Shown: positions 8,843-16,922 of the stretch, in pieces | How the letters are laid out: every line of letters starts with the position of its first letter | How positions within the stretch are numbered: position 1 is the first letter of the stretch | Origin: Candidatus Portnoybacteria bacterium | Lineage (GTDB): Bacteria > Patescibacteriota > Minisyncoccia > Portnoybacterales > GWB1-42-6 | Length of the DNA stretch: 64,000 nt | Assembly (NCBI GenBank): GCA_016208745.1 | Contig: JACQXN010000022.1 | Span: forward strand, 19,212-83,211 | Direction of reading: 5' to 3' | Position numbers and translations under genes: made by a program | Notes under the pieces: generated by a model | The model's database searches: none | Told to the model about the DNA's origin: nothing | Seen by the model: only the letters and a program-made list of their open reading frames with translations

Positions 8843-10921
8843 ATGTCAACCTTCAAGCTCCGCGCACCATTTCGCCCAACAGGTGACCAGCCAGGCGCAA
8901 TAAATGCACTAGTTAAAAATTTAAAGACTGGCATTAAGCATCAGACGCTTTTGGGTGTGACAGGAAGCGGCAAAACTTTTACTATGGCCAATGTGATTGA
9001 GAAAAATCAAAAACCAACATTGGTTATTTCGCATAATAAAACTTTGGCGGCCCAGCTTTATCAGGAATTTAAAGAGTTTTTTCCGGAAAACGCCGTGCAT
9101 TTTTTCGTCTCCTATTATGACTACTACCAACCCGAAGCCTATATCCCCCAAACCGACACCTATATTGATAAAGACGTAAAAATCAACGATGAAATTGACC
9201 GCCTGCGCCACGCCGCCACGCAGGCGCTTTTAACCAGAAATGACACGATTGTTGTGGCTTCAGTTTCTTGCATTTATAATATCGGCTCGCCAGAAGAATA
9301 TCAGAATTTGAGTTTAGAGTTTAAGAAAGGCCAATTTTTGAGCCGCCAGAAATTTTTAAGGCATTTAATATCTCTGCAATACCAGCGATCGGATGTTGAT
9401 TTCAAAAGAGGCACATTTAAAGTCCGGGGCGATTTAATTGAGGTCTGGTCAGCCACTGGCGAACAAATATTAAAATTTGATTTTTTTGGCAATCAGATAG
9501 AAAAAATATCAGAAATCAATTTGCCCAATAATATTTTAAAAGCAGACAAGGAAAAAGAAGTTAAACAGGCAAGAGTTTTTCCGGCTAAATACTGGGTCGC
9601 GCCAGAGCAGAAATTGGGCTTAGCAATAAAAAATATTAAATTGGAGCTTGAAAACCAGCTGGAAAAATTAAAAAGACAGAATAAAATTCTTGACGCCGAA
9701 CGGCTTAAGCGGCGCACCAACTTTGACCTTGAAATAATCAAAGAAACCGGCTATTGTCACGGCGTTGAAAATTATTCACGGCATTTGGAATTTCGCAAAC
9801 CCGGCGAGCCGCCTTTCACCTTATTGGACTATTTTCCAAAAGACTATTTATTGATTATTGACGAATCGCACATGACTGTTCCCCAGCTTAACGGAATGTA
9901 TTTTGGCGACCGCTCGCGCAAAGAAACTTTAATTGAGTATGGCTTCCGCTTGCCTTCGGCGCTTGATAACCGACCGCTTAAATTTAATGAGTTCGAGAAA
10001 AAGGTTGATCAAGTTGTCTATACTTCGGCAACGCCCAGTAAGTACGAAATCGAGAAATCAAAGTCTGTCTGCACGAAAAAAAATCCTCCCCATCCCTCCT
10101 CCGTATCAAGTACGGGGCAAGCTCTAAAGGGAGGGAGTGATTCCCCTCCTTTAGGAGGGGCAAGGGGAGATTTTTGCATCATCCAGCAGCTCATCCGCCC
10201 CACTGGCCTGCTTGATCCGGCAATAGAAATCCGTTCAACTAAAAATCAAATTCCACATTTAATCAAGCAAATCAAAGAAACGGTCGAAAGTGGTGCCAGG
10301 GTTTTAGTAACAACAATTACCAAACGCCTCTCCGAAGACTTATCGGAATATTTGCAAGAGCAAGGAATAAAAGCCCAATATCTGCATTCTGAAATTAAAA
10401 CATTGGAACGACCGGAAATTTTGAAAGATTTAAGACTTGGCAAAATCGACGTTTTGGTTGGCATTAATCTTTTAAGAGAGGGGCTGGATTTACCAGAAGT
10501 TGGGCTGGTGGCAATTTTGGATGCTGACAAGGAAGGCTTTTTGCGCAATGACACAACGCTTATCCAAACAATGGGCCGCGCTTCTCGCCATCCGCAAGGC
10601 CGCGTTATTATGTATGCTGACAAGATTACCCAATCAATGAAACGCGCAATTTCTGAAACCAATCGCCGGCGCAAAATTCAGGAAAGCTATAATAAAAAAC
10701 ATAAAATCACGCCCCAGCCAATTAAAAAAGGCATCCGGCCAAGCATTGTAGAAATTACAAAAATGCCAAAAGGAGCGCTAAAAACTGAGAAAGAATATCT
10801 GGAAGAATACATTAAGGAGCTTGAGTTTAAAATGGAACTGGCTAATCGGAATTTGCAATTTGACGAAGCAATGAGACTGCAAGAACAAATTAATAAATTA
10901 AAAAGGGCGACGAAAAAATAA
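8843..10921 (+). CDS. uvrB: Excinuclease ABC subunit B (UvrB) with ~33 aa in-frame palindromic-element insertion
   Basis: GVTGSGKTF Walker A, helicase motifs, C-terminal UVR domain. Segment CTKKNPPHPSSVSSTGQALKGGSDSPPLGGARGDFC interrupts the conserved ELEKS...RPTGLLDP region. The track start at 8822 is TTG; the ATG at 8843 is more likely. Confidence 0.9.
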   Translation: MSTFKLRAPFRPTGDQPGAINALVKNLKTGIKHQTLLGVTGSGKTFTMANVIEKNQKPTLVISHNKTLAAQLYQEFKEFFPENAVHFFVSYYDYYQPEAYIPQTDTYIDKDVKINDEIDRLRHAATQALLTRNDTIVVASVSCIYNIGSPEEYQNLSLEFKKGQFLSRQKFLRHLISLQYQRSDVDFKRGTFKVRGDLIEVWSATGEQILKFDFFGNQIEKISEINLPNNILKADKEKEVKQARVFPAKYWVAPEQKLGLAIKNIKLELENQLEKLKRQNKILDAERLKRRTNFDLEIIKETGYCHGVENYSRHLEFRKPGEPPFTLLDYFPKDYLLIIDESHMTVPQLNGMYFGDRSRKETLIEYGFRLPSALDNRPLKFNEFEKKVDQVVYTSATPSKYEIEKSKSVCTKKNPPHPSSVSSTGQALKGGSDSPPLGGARGDFCIIQQLIRPTGLLDPAIEIRSTKNQIPHLIKQIKETVESGARVLVTTITKRLSEDLSEYLQEQGIKAQYLHSEIKTLERPEILKDLRLGKIDVLVGINLLREGLDLPEVGLVAILDADKEGFLRNDTTLIQTMGRASRHPQGRVIMYADKITQSMKRAISETNRRRKIQESYNKKHKITPQPIKKGIRPSIVEITKMPKGALKTEKEYLEEYIKELEFKMELANRNLQFDEAMRLQEQINKLKRATKK
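10081..10172. repeat. GC-rich nested-hairpin element (family A copy) in-frame in uvrB
   Basis: ~85 percent identical over 92 nt to 42961-43054, with the same outer AAATCCTCCCC/GGGGAGATTTT and two inner hairpins. Confidence 0.85.
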
Positions 10922-10929
10922 AGGGCATT

Positions 10930-11792
10930 CTTAACAAGTTGGAACAAGGAACAATGAATTCTTTAAGTATTCATGCGGGTTTTTAAAGATTTCAGGGTGG
11001 TTAAAATTTGCTTCAAATTCAGCCACGACATTTTCTAACTTGGAACCGGTAACGTGATGGTATTTTCTTCTGATAAAAGTCCTTAAATTACCAAATACTC
11101 CCTCTATCTCAGAAGTCAGCCCAAACTCCCATTTGGAATGAATGTCTCTTTGGTGAGTGACCGGCCAGGCATTCTTGATGCCCCGGTAATAGCCGGCTCC
11201 GTCCGTAAACAGCTTTGAGCCCGGCTCAACATGTCTGACAATGAATTGAGAGACGTTCTGTTTCTGAACATATTGTTTTGGGATGACTCGCAAAATTACC
11301 TTTTTGGCCAGCGTGTCTTTGGCTGCGATGACCGCTTTACCTCTAAAGAATGCTTCATCCATCTGAATCGTATCTTTTAGCGGAGAAAGCCAGTCAGGAT
11401 CAGGAATATTAAGCCTGAAGTTATCAAGCCAATTTCTAATTGTGACTTCGCTTAATTCTGTAATTTTAATTGTTTGGGTAATTGGCAAATGATTTAGCCA
11501 ACACCACAGAAGCGTGTAAAATGTTTCCCAGGGCAGCTTCATGTTGGACAGCCAGGTGTTGCTGGTTAGAGAGAAGGGTCTGCGGCATTTTTTACAGCGG
11601 TACCGATTCTCTGATTTGTAGACACTACGGCTTTTGCAACGCGGACAATGCAGATGAGTGCCAAAAAGAATACGCCTAACTATCTTTTTAATCTTAACTT
11701 CTGATGGTATTTGTTTTAAATGATACATAGGAGCAGATTTTTTAAAGATTTTCATCTTTATTGTATCATTGAATCTGTTCCAACTTCTTTAG
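10930..11792. mobile_element. IS1595-family insertion sequence (~860 bp) with 11 bp terminal inverted repeats
   Basis: AAGTTGGAACA at 10936-10946 and its exact reverse complement at 11776-11786 flank a transposase ORF. Confidence 0.65.
10931..11755 (-). CDS. IS1595-family (ISXO2-like) transposase
   Basis: N-terminal zinc ribbon CPRCKSRSVYKSENRYRCKKCRRPFS and a DDE region (IQMDEAFF...TDGAGYY); 274 aa. Confidence 0.75.
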   Translation of the reverse strand: MKIFKKSAPMYHLKQIPSEVKIKKIVRRILFGTHLHCPRCKSRSVYKSENRYRCKKCRRPFSLTSNTWLSNMKLPWETFYTLLWCWLNHLPITQTIKITELSEVTIRNWLDNFRLNIPDPDWLSPLKDTIQMDEAFFRGKAVIAAKDTLAKKVILRVIPKQYVQKQNVSQFIVRHVEPGSKLFTDGAGYYRGIKNAWPVTHQRDIHSKWEFGLTSEIEGVFGNLRTFIRRKYHHVTGSKLENVVAEFEANFNHPEIFKNPHEYLKNSLFLVPTC

Positions 11793-11863
11793 TATACCCA
11801 AATCATAATGTATGCCTAGCCGCGATGGTTTCGTGGCAAAATCACATCATTAGGGAGGCGGCA

Positions 11864-12055
11864 ATGGAAAAATGGGAAAAGTTTCTTAGTCGAGCCATGG
11901 TCGGAGGACTTGGTGAAAAAGTGAGAGAGGCTGTTATGGCAAATCCCGCTAGTCGCGATGACATAAAAATCGTCATCAAGGCTGCCGTAGAATTCGGGGG
12001 CCTGTCGGATGAGGCAATCATCGAAAAATACGGACCATCACCATTTCGCGGATAA
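11864..12055 (+). CDS. Hypothetical small protein (63 aa), higher GC than surroundings
   Basis: AGGGAGG RBS before ATG 11864 and a rho-independent terminator downstream. The longer track ORF starting 11720 is likely an overextension. Confidence 0.45.
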   Translation: MEKWEKFLSRAMVGGLGEKVREAVMANPASRDDIKIVIKAAVEFGGLSDEAIIEKYGPSPFRG

Positions 12056-12078
12056 CTCGGCCGCGTGTCAGTTTTACA

Positions 12079-12122
12079 CCCTGTCATAAAAAGCTTAGCG
12101 CCTACTGACAGGGATTTTTTTT
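12079..12122 (+). terminator. Rho-independent terminator
   Basis: CCCTGTCA..TGACAGGG hairpin followed by T8. Confidence 0.6.
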
Positions 12123-12141
12123 GACAGCGACCCCCTTTTTC

Positions 12142-12170
12142 TTGCCAAAAATAAAATTATCTGCTATATT
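12142..12170 (+). promoter_or_regulatory. Sigma70-like promoter TTGCCA-N17-TATATT for rpsT
   Basis: Spacing and hexamers read directly from the sequence. Confidence 0.45.
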
Positions 12171-12270
12171 CTCAATACAATCGAAAAACTAAAAATTAAG
12201 AATGAAAAACAACAATTAAAAATTAAAGGTTAATTTTTAACTTTTTCATTTTTCCTTTTTATATTGAAAT

Positions 12271-12528
12271 ATGCCAATCAAAGAATCAGCTAAAAAAGCA
12301 TTAAGACAAGAAAAAAAACATCGCGTTTTGAATTTGGCGCGGCAAAAAGCGGCCAAAGATGTTGTCAAAAAAATCAAAAAAATGGCAACTGCCGGCCAAA
12401 AAGACGAAGCAAAAAAGCTTGTCTCGCAAGCATATCAAGCCGTGGATAAAGCCGTTAAAAGAGGCGTCATCAAAAAAAATACCGCGGCCAGGCAAAAATC
12501 AAGATTAATGAAAATGCTGAATAAATAA
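12271..12528 (+). CDS. rpsT: 30S ribosomal protein S20
   Basis: 85 aa, Lys/Ala-rich, KKALRQEKKHRVLNLARQ and C-terminal KKNTAARQKSRL match S20. Confidence 0.85.
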   Translation: MPIKESAKKALRQEKKHRVLNLARQKAAKDVVKKIKKMATAGQKDEAKKLVSQAYQAVDKAVKRGVIKKNTAARQKSRLMKMLNK

Positions 12529-12531
12529 AAG

Positions 12532-12571
12532 AAAAACCACCCGATAAAATACTGGGTGGTTTTTTGTTTTT
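12532..12571. terminator. Bidirectional rho-independent terminator between rpsT and the convergent gene
   Basis: AAAACCACCCgataaaatactGGGTGGTTTTTTG flanked by A- and T-runs. Confidence 0.6.
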
Positions 12572-12573
12572 TA

Positions 12574-13212
12574 CTATTCTTCTACCAGCTCCGCAAGGAG
12601 CCTTCCCCAATCTTTCAGCCCGTCCTTTGTTTCCATATGGTTTGATGCAACAAGCTTGGTGTCGCCAGCTGAAAAACCAAAGAGTCTGTCAAAGGCAAAA
12701 ACGAATGGGTCGTCATGATGATTCCCCTGCGTAATGATCCCGACTTTCTTCACGCCAGCCTGCAATGCCCTCAAAACAATTATCGGCCCGTAAGGCATCT
12801 CACCCTGCTTTGAAACTAATTCCTCGCCTTTGGCGTTCATGCACTGATTCCCACCCTTTGGAAGCATAACGTCAGTAAGCACAACATCAAAGGGCATGTG
12901 CTTTGATTCTACTTCTGCCTTACGAAGAGCGAGCCTTATTTCTTTGGGAGCTTCGAAATGAGGCATTTCCTCTCCTTCGGAATTCCGCAAATACCAAATT
13001 TTGTGATTTGGGATACTGCTGTCTTCTTCTATTATCTTCCATCCACCTGTCGCTTTCTCAAATGCTGCCCTGAATTCATTAGGGTCAACGACAGGGATTA
13101 AAACTTCATGAGCCTGATCATATCCGGTTACAATGGTCAGCTCATGACCCCCTAACGCTCTCTTTGCCGCCTCAATATTCTTCTCCTTGTCTTCAACCAC
13201 TAAAATCTTCAT
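12574..13212 (-). CDS. Atypical receiver (CheY-like) domain protein with ~55 aa internal insertion; no output domain
   Basis: MKILVVEDKEK start and VVLTDVMLP phospho-acceptor context. Insertion between beta2 and beta3; K-P motif absent. Elevated GC relative to neighbours. Confidence 0.5.
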   Translation of the reverse strand: MKILVVEDKEKNIEAAKRALGGHELTIVTGYDQAHEVLIPVVDPNEFRAAFEKATGGWKIIEEDSSIPNHKIWYLRNSEGEEMPHFEAPKEIRLALRKAEVESKHMPFDVVLTDVMLPKGGNQCMNAKGEELVSKQGEMPYGPIIVLRALQAGVKKVGIITQGNHHDDPFVFAFDRLFGFSAGDTKLVASNHMETKDGLKDWGRLLAELVEE

Positions 13213-13350
13213 AATACCCTCCTTCCCTTGCCTGCTCTTTTGGAGTTCAGATCTTATAGGGCTCTGGTTTTTTAAAGAACCATCTTACATTTTTATCATA
13301 CCAGAATTTGTCAAATAATGTCGGCCTGTTGATAAAAAAATTGATAGCTA

Positions 13351-13379
13351 TTGACGTATTCTGGCTTATATGATATACT
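13351..13379 (+). promoter_or_regulatory. Sigma70-like promoter TTGACG-N17-TATACT
   Basis: Read directly; lies immediately upstream of the TrmB-like gene. Confidence 0.5.
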
Positions 13380-13391
13380 TAATATGTCGGT

Positions 13392-14165
13392 GTGATTTCC
13401 ACAAATATGATAAGAGACCTGCTAAACCAGCTAAATTTCTCAGAAAAAGAGGCTAATGTCTATTTAGCCCTACTTGAGCTTGGCTCGGCCAAAGCTAAAG
13501 AGATATCTCGTAAAACAGGCCTAAATCGAACAACCATATATGATATTTGTGAGGCGTTATTGCAAAAGGGGGTTATTAGTAAGTATAAAAAGGGCGCCTC
13601 TATGTTTTTTAACGCCCTTGATCCTAAATACCTAATAACCTATCTTGACCGAGAGAAAGAAGAAAATTCAAAAAAAATCGAAAAGCAGAAACGTAGAATC
13701 AATGAACTTTTACCCCAGCTAATTTCTCTCCAAGATATTTCTTCGGCAAAGCCCAAGATACAATTTTTTGAGGGAGAAAAAGGAATGCGTGAGGCTTACG
13801 AAGATACCTTAACCTCAAAAGAAATAATTTTAGCTTATGCCAATGTTGAAACAATGCATGAAGGACTGCCTAACTTTTTCCCTGAATATTATGCCAGACG
13901 GGCAAAAAATAAAATTTTTATCAGAGCCATAATCCCAAGAAATGAGGCTTCTATTGAGCGCTCGAAGAATAATCAACAAGAAATGCGCGATACCAGATTC
14001 CTGCCCGAAGAAATGACTTTTTCGCCAGAGGTTAATATCTATAACAATAAAATCTTGATTGTCTCTTGGAAAGAAAAAATGGCAATCTTAATAGAGTCAA
14101 AGGAGCTGACTGATTTACAACGGATAACCTTTGATTTACTCTGGGACACTCTACCTAAAAATTAA
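13392..14165 (+). CDS. TrmB-family transcriptional regulator
   Basis: N-terminal wHTH (LNFSEKEANVYLALLELGSAKAKEISRKTGLNRTTIYDICEALLQKG) matches TrmB. The track start is GTG; the ATG at 13407 is possible. Confidence 0.75.
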   Translation: MISTNMIRDLLNQLNFSEKEANVYLALLELGSAKAKEISRKTGLNRTTIYDICEALLQKGVISKYKKGASMFFNALDPKYLITYLDREKEENSKKIEKQKRRINELLPQLISLQDISSAKPKIQFFEGEKGMREAYEDTLTSKEIILAYANVETMHEGLPNFFPEYYARRAKNKIFIRAIIPRNEASIERSKNNQQEMRDTRFLPEEMTFSPEVNIYNNKILIVSWKEKMAILIESKELTDLQRITFDLLWDTLPKN

Positions 14166-14175
14166 TTAAGGCAAG

Positions 14176-14209
14176 TAAAAACCGCCCCACAAAATTTGGG
14201 GCGGTTTTT
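14176..14209. terminator. Bidirectional rho-independent terminator
   Basis: AAAAACCGCCCCacaaaatttGGGGCGGTTTTTG. Confidence 0.65.
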
Positions 14210-14235
14210 GTGTTCTCTTTTTTATTTAAACAGCG

Positions 14236-15189
14236 CTATCCCGTTATTTCTGCCACCACCAAATCCAACGCCACCTTAGGCTCAATTTTTCCGCGCTTGA
14301 TTGCAATATCAAGCTTTAATAACCTGTTGTATATTTTTTCTAAAATCTCCAGGCTAAAATTCCTAATTTGCGGCCAGGATTTTTTTATAACAAAAGGGTG
14401 TAGGCCGGTTTTTTTAGCCAAGGCGCCAAATTGCGTCCCCTGCTCTGACAGGCTCTTTATCTGTAATAAATTCCTGAACTGATAAACAAACATTGATAAA
14501 ATATAAATTTCGCTCTCGCCCTGCGACAAATGCTGATGCAATAATTTATAAACCAGTGTTTTATTCCTTGAGGCTAGAGCGTCAATGGTGTTAAAAATAT
14601 TGGGGTCAAATTTTGCTTTAACTAAAATATCTATATCCTTTTCGCCAATGGGGTCTTCCGCCTTATAGGCAACCAGCTTTTCAATTTCATTGTGCATCTG
14701 CCAAAGATCCGAACCGACTGAACCAGCTAATTTTTCTGCGGCTTGCGGCAAAATTTTGCCGCCAAAATTCTCCACCTCTTTTTTTATCCAATTGATAAGC
14801 TTTACTCCGCTGAGATATTCAAAATTTTGGGCCATCTCTGATTTTTTGGCCAACCAATCAAACAACTCTCCCTTCTCTGGTTTCTTGCTCTCAAAAAATA
14901 CCAGAATTATATCTTCGTCTTTTTCGGTTTTCTTTTTTTCCAGCAATTCTTTTAATTTCTGCTGGTCAGATTTTGCCGCCAAAGACGCCTCTTTGATAAC
15001 AATTAATTTTTTCTCGGCAAACATAGAAATAGAACCAAGCATATTGCCAAGCTCGGCCCATATATCAGGCAACCAATCAAATTGCCTAAAATTAAGGCCG
15101 CTTTTGTGTTTAACTTGATAGCCCTCAACAATTTCCTGTAATTTTTGACGGGACCGGAAAGTATCAGGCCCGTAAAGAAAAATGATCAT
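14236..15189 (-). CDS. holA: DNA polymerase III delta subunit
   Basis: N-terminal MIIFLYGPDTF...; 317 aa, HolA-like length and pattern. Confidence 0.75.
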   Translation of the reverse strand: MIIFLYGPDTFRSRQKLQEIVEGYQVKHKSGLNFRQFDWLPDIWAELGNMLGSISMFAEKKLIVIKEASLAAKSDQQKLKELLEKKKTEKDEDIILVFFESKKPEKGELFDWLAKKSEMAQNFEYLSGVKLINWIKKEVENFGGKILPQAAEKLAGSVGSDLWQMHNEIEKLVAYKAEDPIGEKDIDILVKAKFDPNIFNTIDALASRNKTLVYKLLHQHLSQGESEIYILSMFVYQFRNLLQIKSLSEQGTQFGALAKKTGLHPFVIKKSWPQIRNFSLEILEKIYNRLLKLDIAIKRGKIEPKVALDLVVAEITG

Positions 15190-15257
15190 AACGCTCCTTT
15201 AATATGTATTAAAAATTCAGCCTTCTCCTTGCATCGAAAAATTTTGCAAGAAAATTG

Positions 15258-15356
15258 AGATGAGCGAGGCGTTTGAAAAATTGCCGAGCGACGAGGGAAG
15301 CGAGGAGTTTACGAGGCAATTTTTAGATGAGCGAATCCAATTTTCTCAAAATTTTA
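15258..15356. repeat. ~100 nt structured repeat (family D copy 2)
   Basis: Matches 4226-4324 including flanks gagcgag..gttt(g/a)aaaaatt and gagcgaatccaattttctcaaaatttt. Stem covaries (TTGCC/GGCAA versus TTACCT/AGGTAA). Confidence 0.6.
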
Positions 15357-15431
15357 TCGCTGCAAGTGGTTTTTTGGTTACTTTTTTGTCATCAAAAAAG
15401 CAACTCTTTACCGCCTTTGGATAAAGGCGAT

Positions 15432-16487
15432 TTAATTCCCATAAGCTACTTCTTGTGTCGGATCCGCGATTTGAACCCAAATTTGGCCGGGCACGAATTT
15501 AATTTCCTGATCTTGCTCGTCATAAAAAAATAGCTTGCTTTTTTGACTCTTACTATCTTTTTCCCATCTGCCTTTAATAACTTGTCCGTTTAAATAAAAT
15601 TCAGCATCACCATTGCCTTCAATCTGAACATCGTTATATTGATCTTCCAGTTGACGGGATTGCGCCCTCATAATAACAATGTTTTTTGCCTCAACTTGGG
15701 AATTGTTATTTTTGTCTATTTCTTTTAAGTTATTGCGAAAACGAAAATAAGAATTGGTTTCTGGATCATATTGATAAGAAACACCAAAAGCGCCCGGATA
15801 TTTAATTTTTAAAATCTTTTTTTCTTTTTCTTGGCTGGCGATTTCACTTTTTAAAAGATGCTGATAGCCAACCAATTCTGATGTCAACTGATAACCAAGT
15901 TTCCCGGCCGTGTCTAAAAGCCTTTTGGCAGAGGTAAATCCGTTATGAGGCGCCGCAATGCCGGATTGACGATAAAAAGCATTATAGGGGTTAGGCAGGG
16001 CGTCAATATTATCCATGATGCCGGTTTTTAATTTTTCCAACGCAAAATGAGATCCGCCCCAATGGGCATAAATCGCGTCAAGGCCCAGAGCCAAAGGGAT
16101 AAAATCGTGCCGCGCCGATCTGACAGAGCCGATTTTTTCCGGAGAGTTGCATACAAAAACCGCCATTAGGCGCGTAATGCCGCCTTCCACCACCGGCATT
16201 TCAAAAACTAAATCCGCTTGTGAAATTCCAGCCAGCGGCCGCGCCTCAGCATCACTGCTTAGCATAATGGCTAGCGGCCGGCGATTGGCATTCTCGCAGG
16301 CAAGACCTGAAATCGGACTCTTTGGCCCCTGATCTTCGTTTATTTCCTGCTCTTGCTTGTTGTTCTGGCCTGAAACAAACTCAAAAGTACGGCCCTTCTG
16401 CCAAACAAAAAATGCGCTGCCCAGCAACACAAAAAATAAAATAGCGACAAAAATTATAAATTTAATTTTTTTCCTATTCGCCCTCAT
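15432..16487 (-). CDS. DUF3048 domain protein (YerB-like lipoprotein)
   Basis: ISGLACENANRRPLAIML...ADLVFEMPVVEGGITRLMAVF matches the DUF3048 core; N-terminal TM/signal. Confidence 0.7.
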   Translation of the reverse strand: MRANRKKIKFIIFVAILFFVLLGSAFFVWQKGRTFEFVSGQNNKQEQEINEDQGPKSPISGLACENANRRPLAIMLSSDAEARPLAGISQADLVFEMPVVEGGITRLMAVFVCNSPEKIGSVRSARHDFIPLALGLDAIYAHWGGSHFALEKLKTGIMDNIDALPNPYNAFYRQSGIAAPHNGFTSAKRLLDTAGKLGYQLTSELVGYQHLLKSEIASQEKEKKILKIKYPGAFGVSYQYDPETNSYFRFRNNLKEIDKNNNSQVEAKNIVIMRAQSRQLEDQYNDVQIEGNGDAEFYLNGQVIKGRWEKDSKSQKSKLFFYDEQDQEIKFVPGQIWVQIADPTQEVAYGN

Positions 16488-16864
16488 TTCTTTCCTTCTA
16501 AAACCTGCCTAATTTTATTGATAATTTCTCCCGGCGTAAAGTGGGCCTTGATTAAAAAGTCGTTTGCGCCAAGACTTATGCCTTTTTGCACATCTTCGCG
16601 CTGGCCGAGATTACTTAAAATTATTACTGGGATTTTCTTTATTTCTTCAGGAAAATCTTTTTTCAATCGTTCCAAAACCTCAAATCCATTAATCCCGGGC
16701 AGGATTAAGTCTAAAAGGATTAACGCTGGTTGGTCTTCCCTGATTTTTCTTAACGCCTCCTCGCCATCAACAACCGGGATGACTTCATAGCCCTCGCTTT
16801 TTATTTTCTTGGAGATCAGCTCTCTTAAGAATTTATCGTCTTCAACGACTAATATCTTCTCCAT
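16484..16864 (-). CDS. Stand-alone response regulator receiver domain protein
   Basis: VVEDD, conserved D in ILLDLILPGINGF, and KA motif; 126 aa CheY-like. Confidence 0.8.
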   Translation of the reverse strand: MEKILVVEDDKFLRELISKKIKSEGYEVIPVVDGEEALRKIREDQPALILLDLILPGINGFEVLERLKKDFPEEIKKIPVIILSNLGQREDVQKGISLGANDFLIKAHFTPGEIINKIRQVLEGKK

Positions 16865-16922
16865 AAATAATTCACTAGTTAGTTAATGTTAATTATATTA
16901 TAAAACAAAAACGTCAAAATCG

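Noticed and set aside
10018-10203. Track ORF 10018-10203(-) MGRMSCWMMQKSPLAPPKGGESLPPF...
   Set aside because: It is simply the antisense translation of the palindromic element inside uvrB and encodes the same peptide the element gives in the Mur ligase. Not an independent gene.
11720-12055. 111 aa track ORF starting at 11720
   Set aside because: The N-terminal 48 codons overlap the IS right end and lack an RBS. The internal ATG at 11864 has an AGGGAGG RBS, so the shorter 63 aa CDS was preferred.
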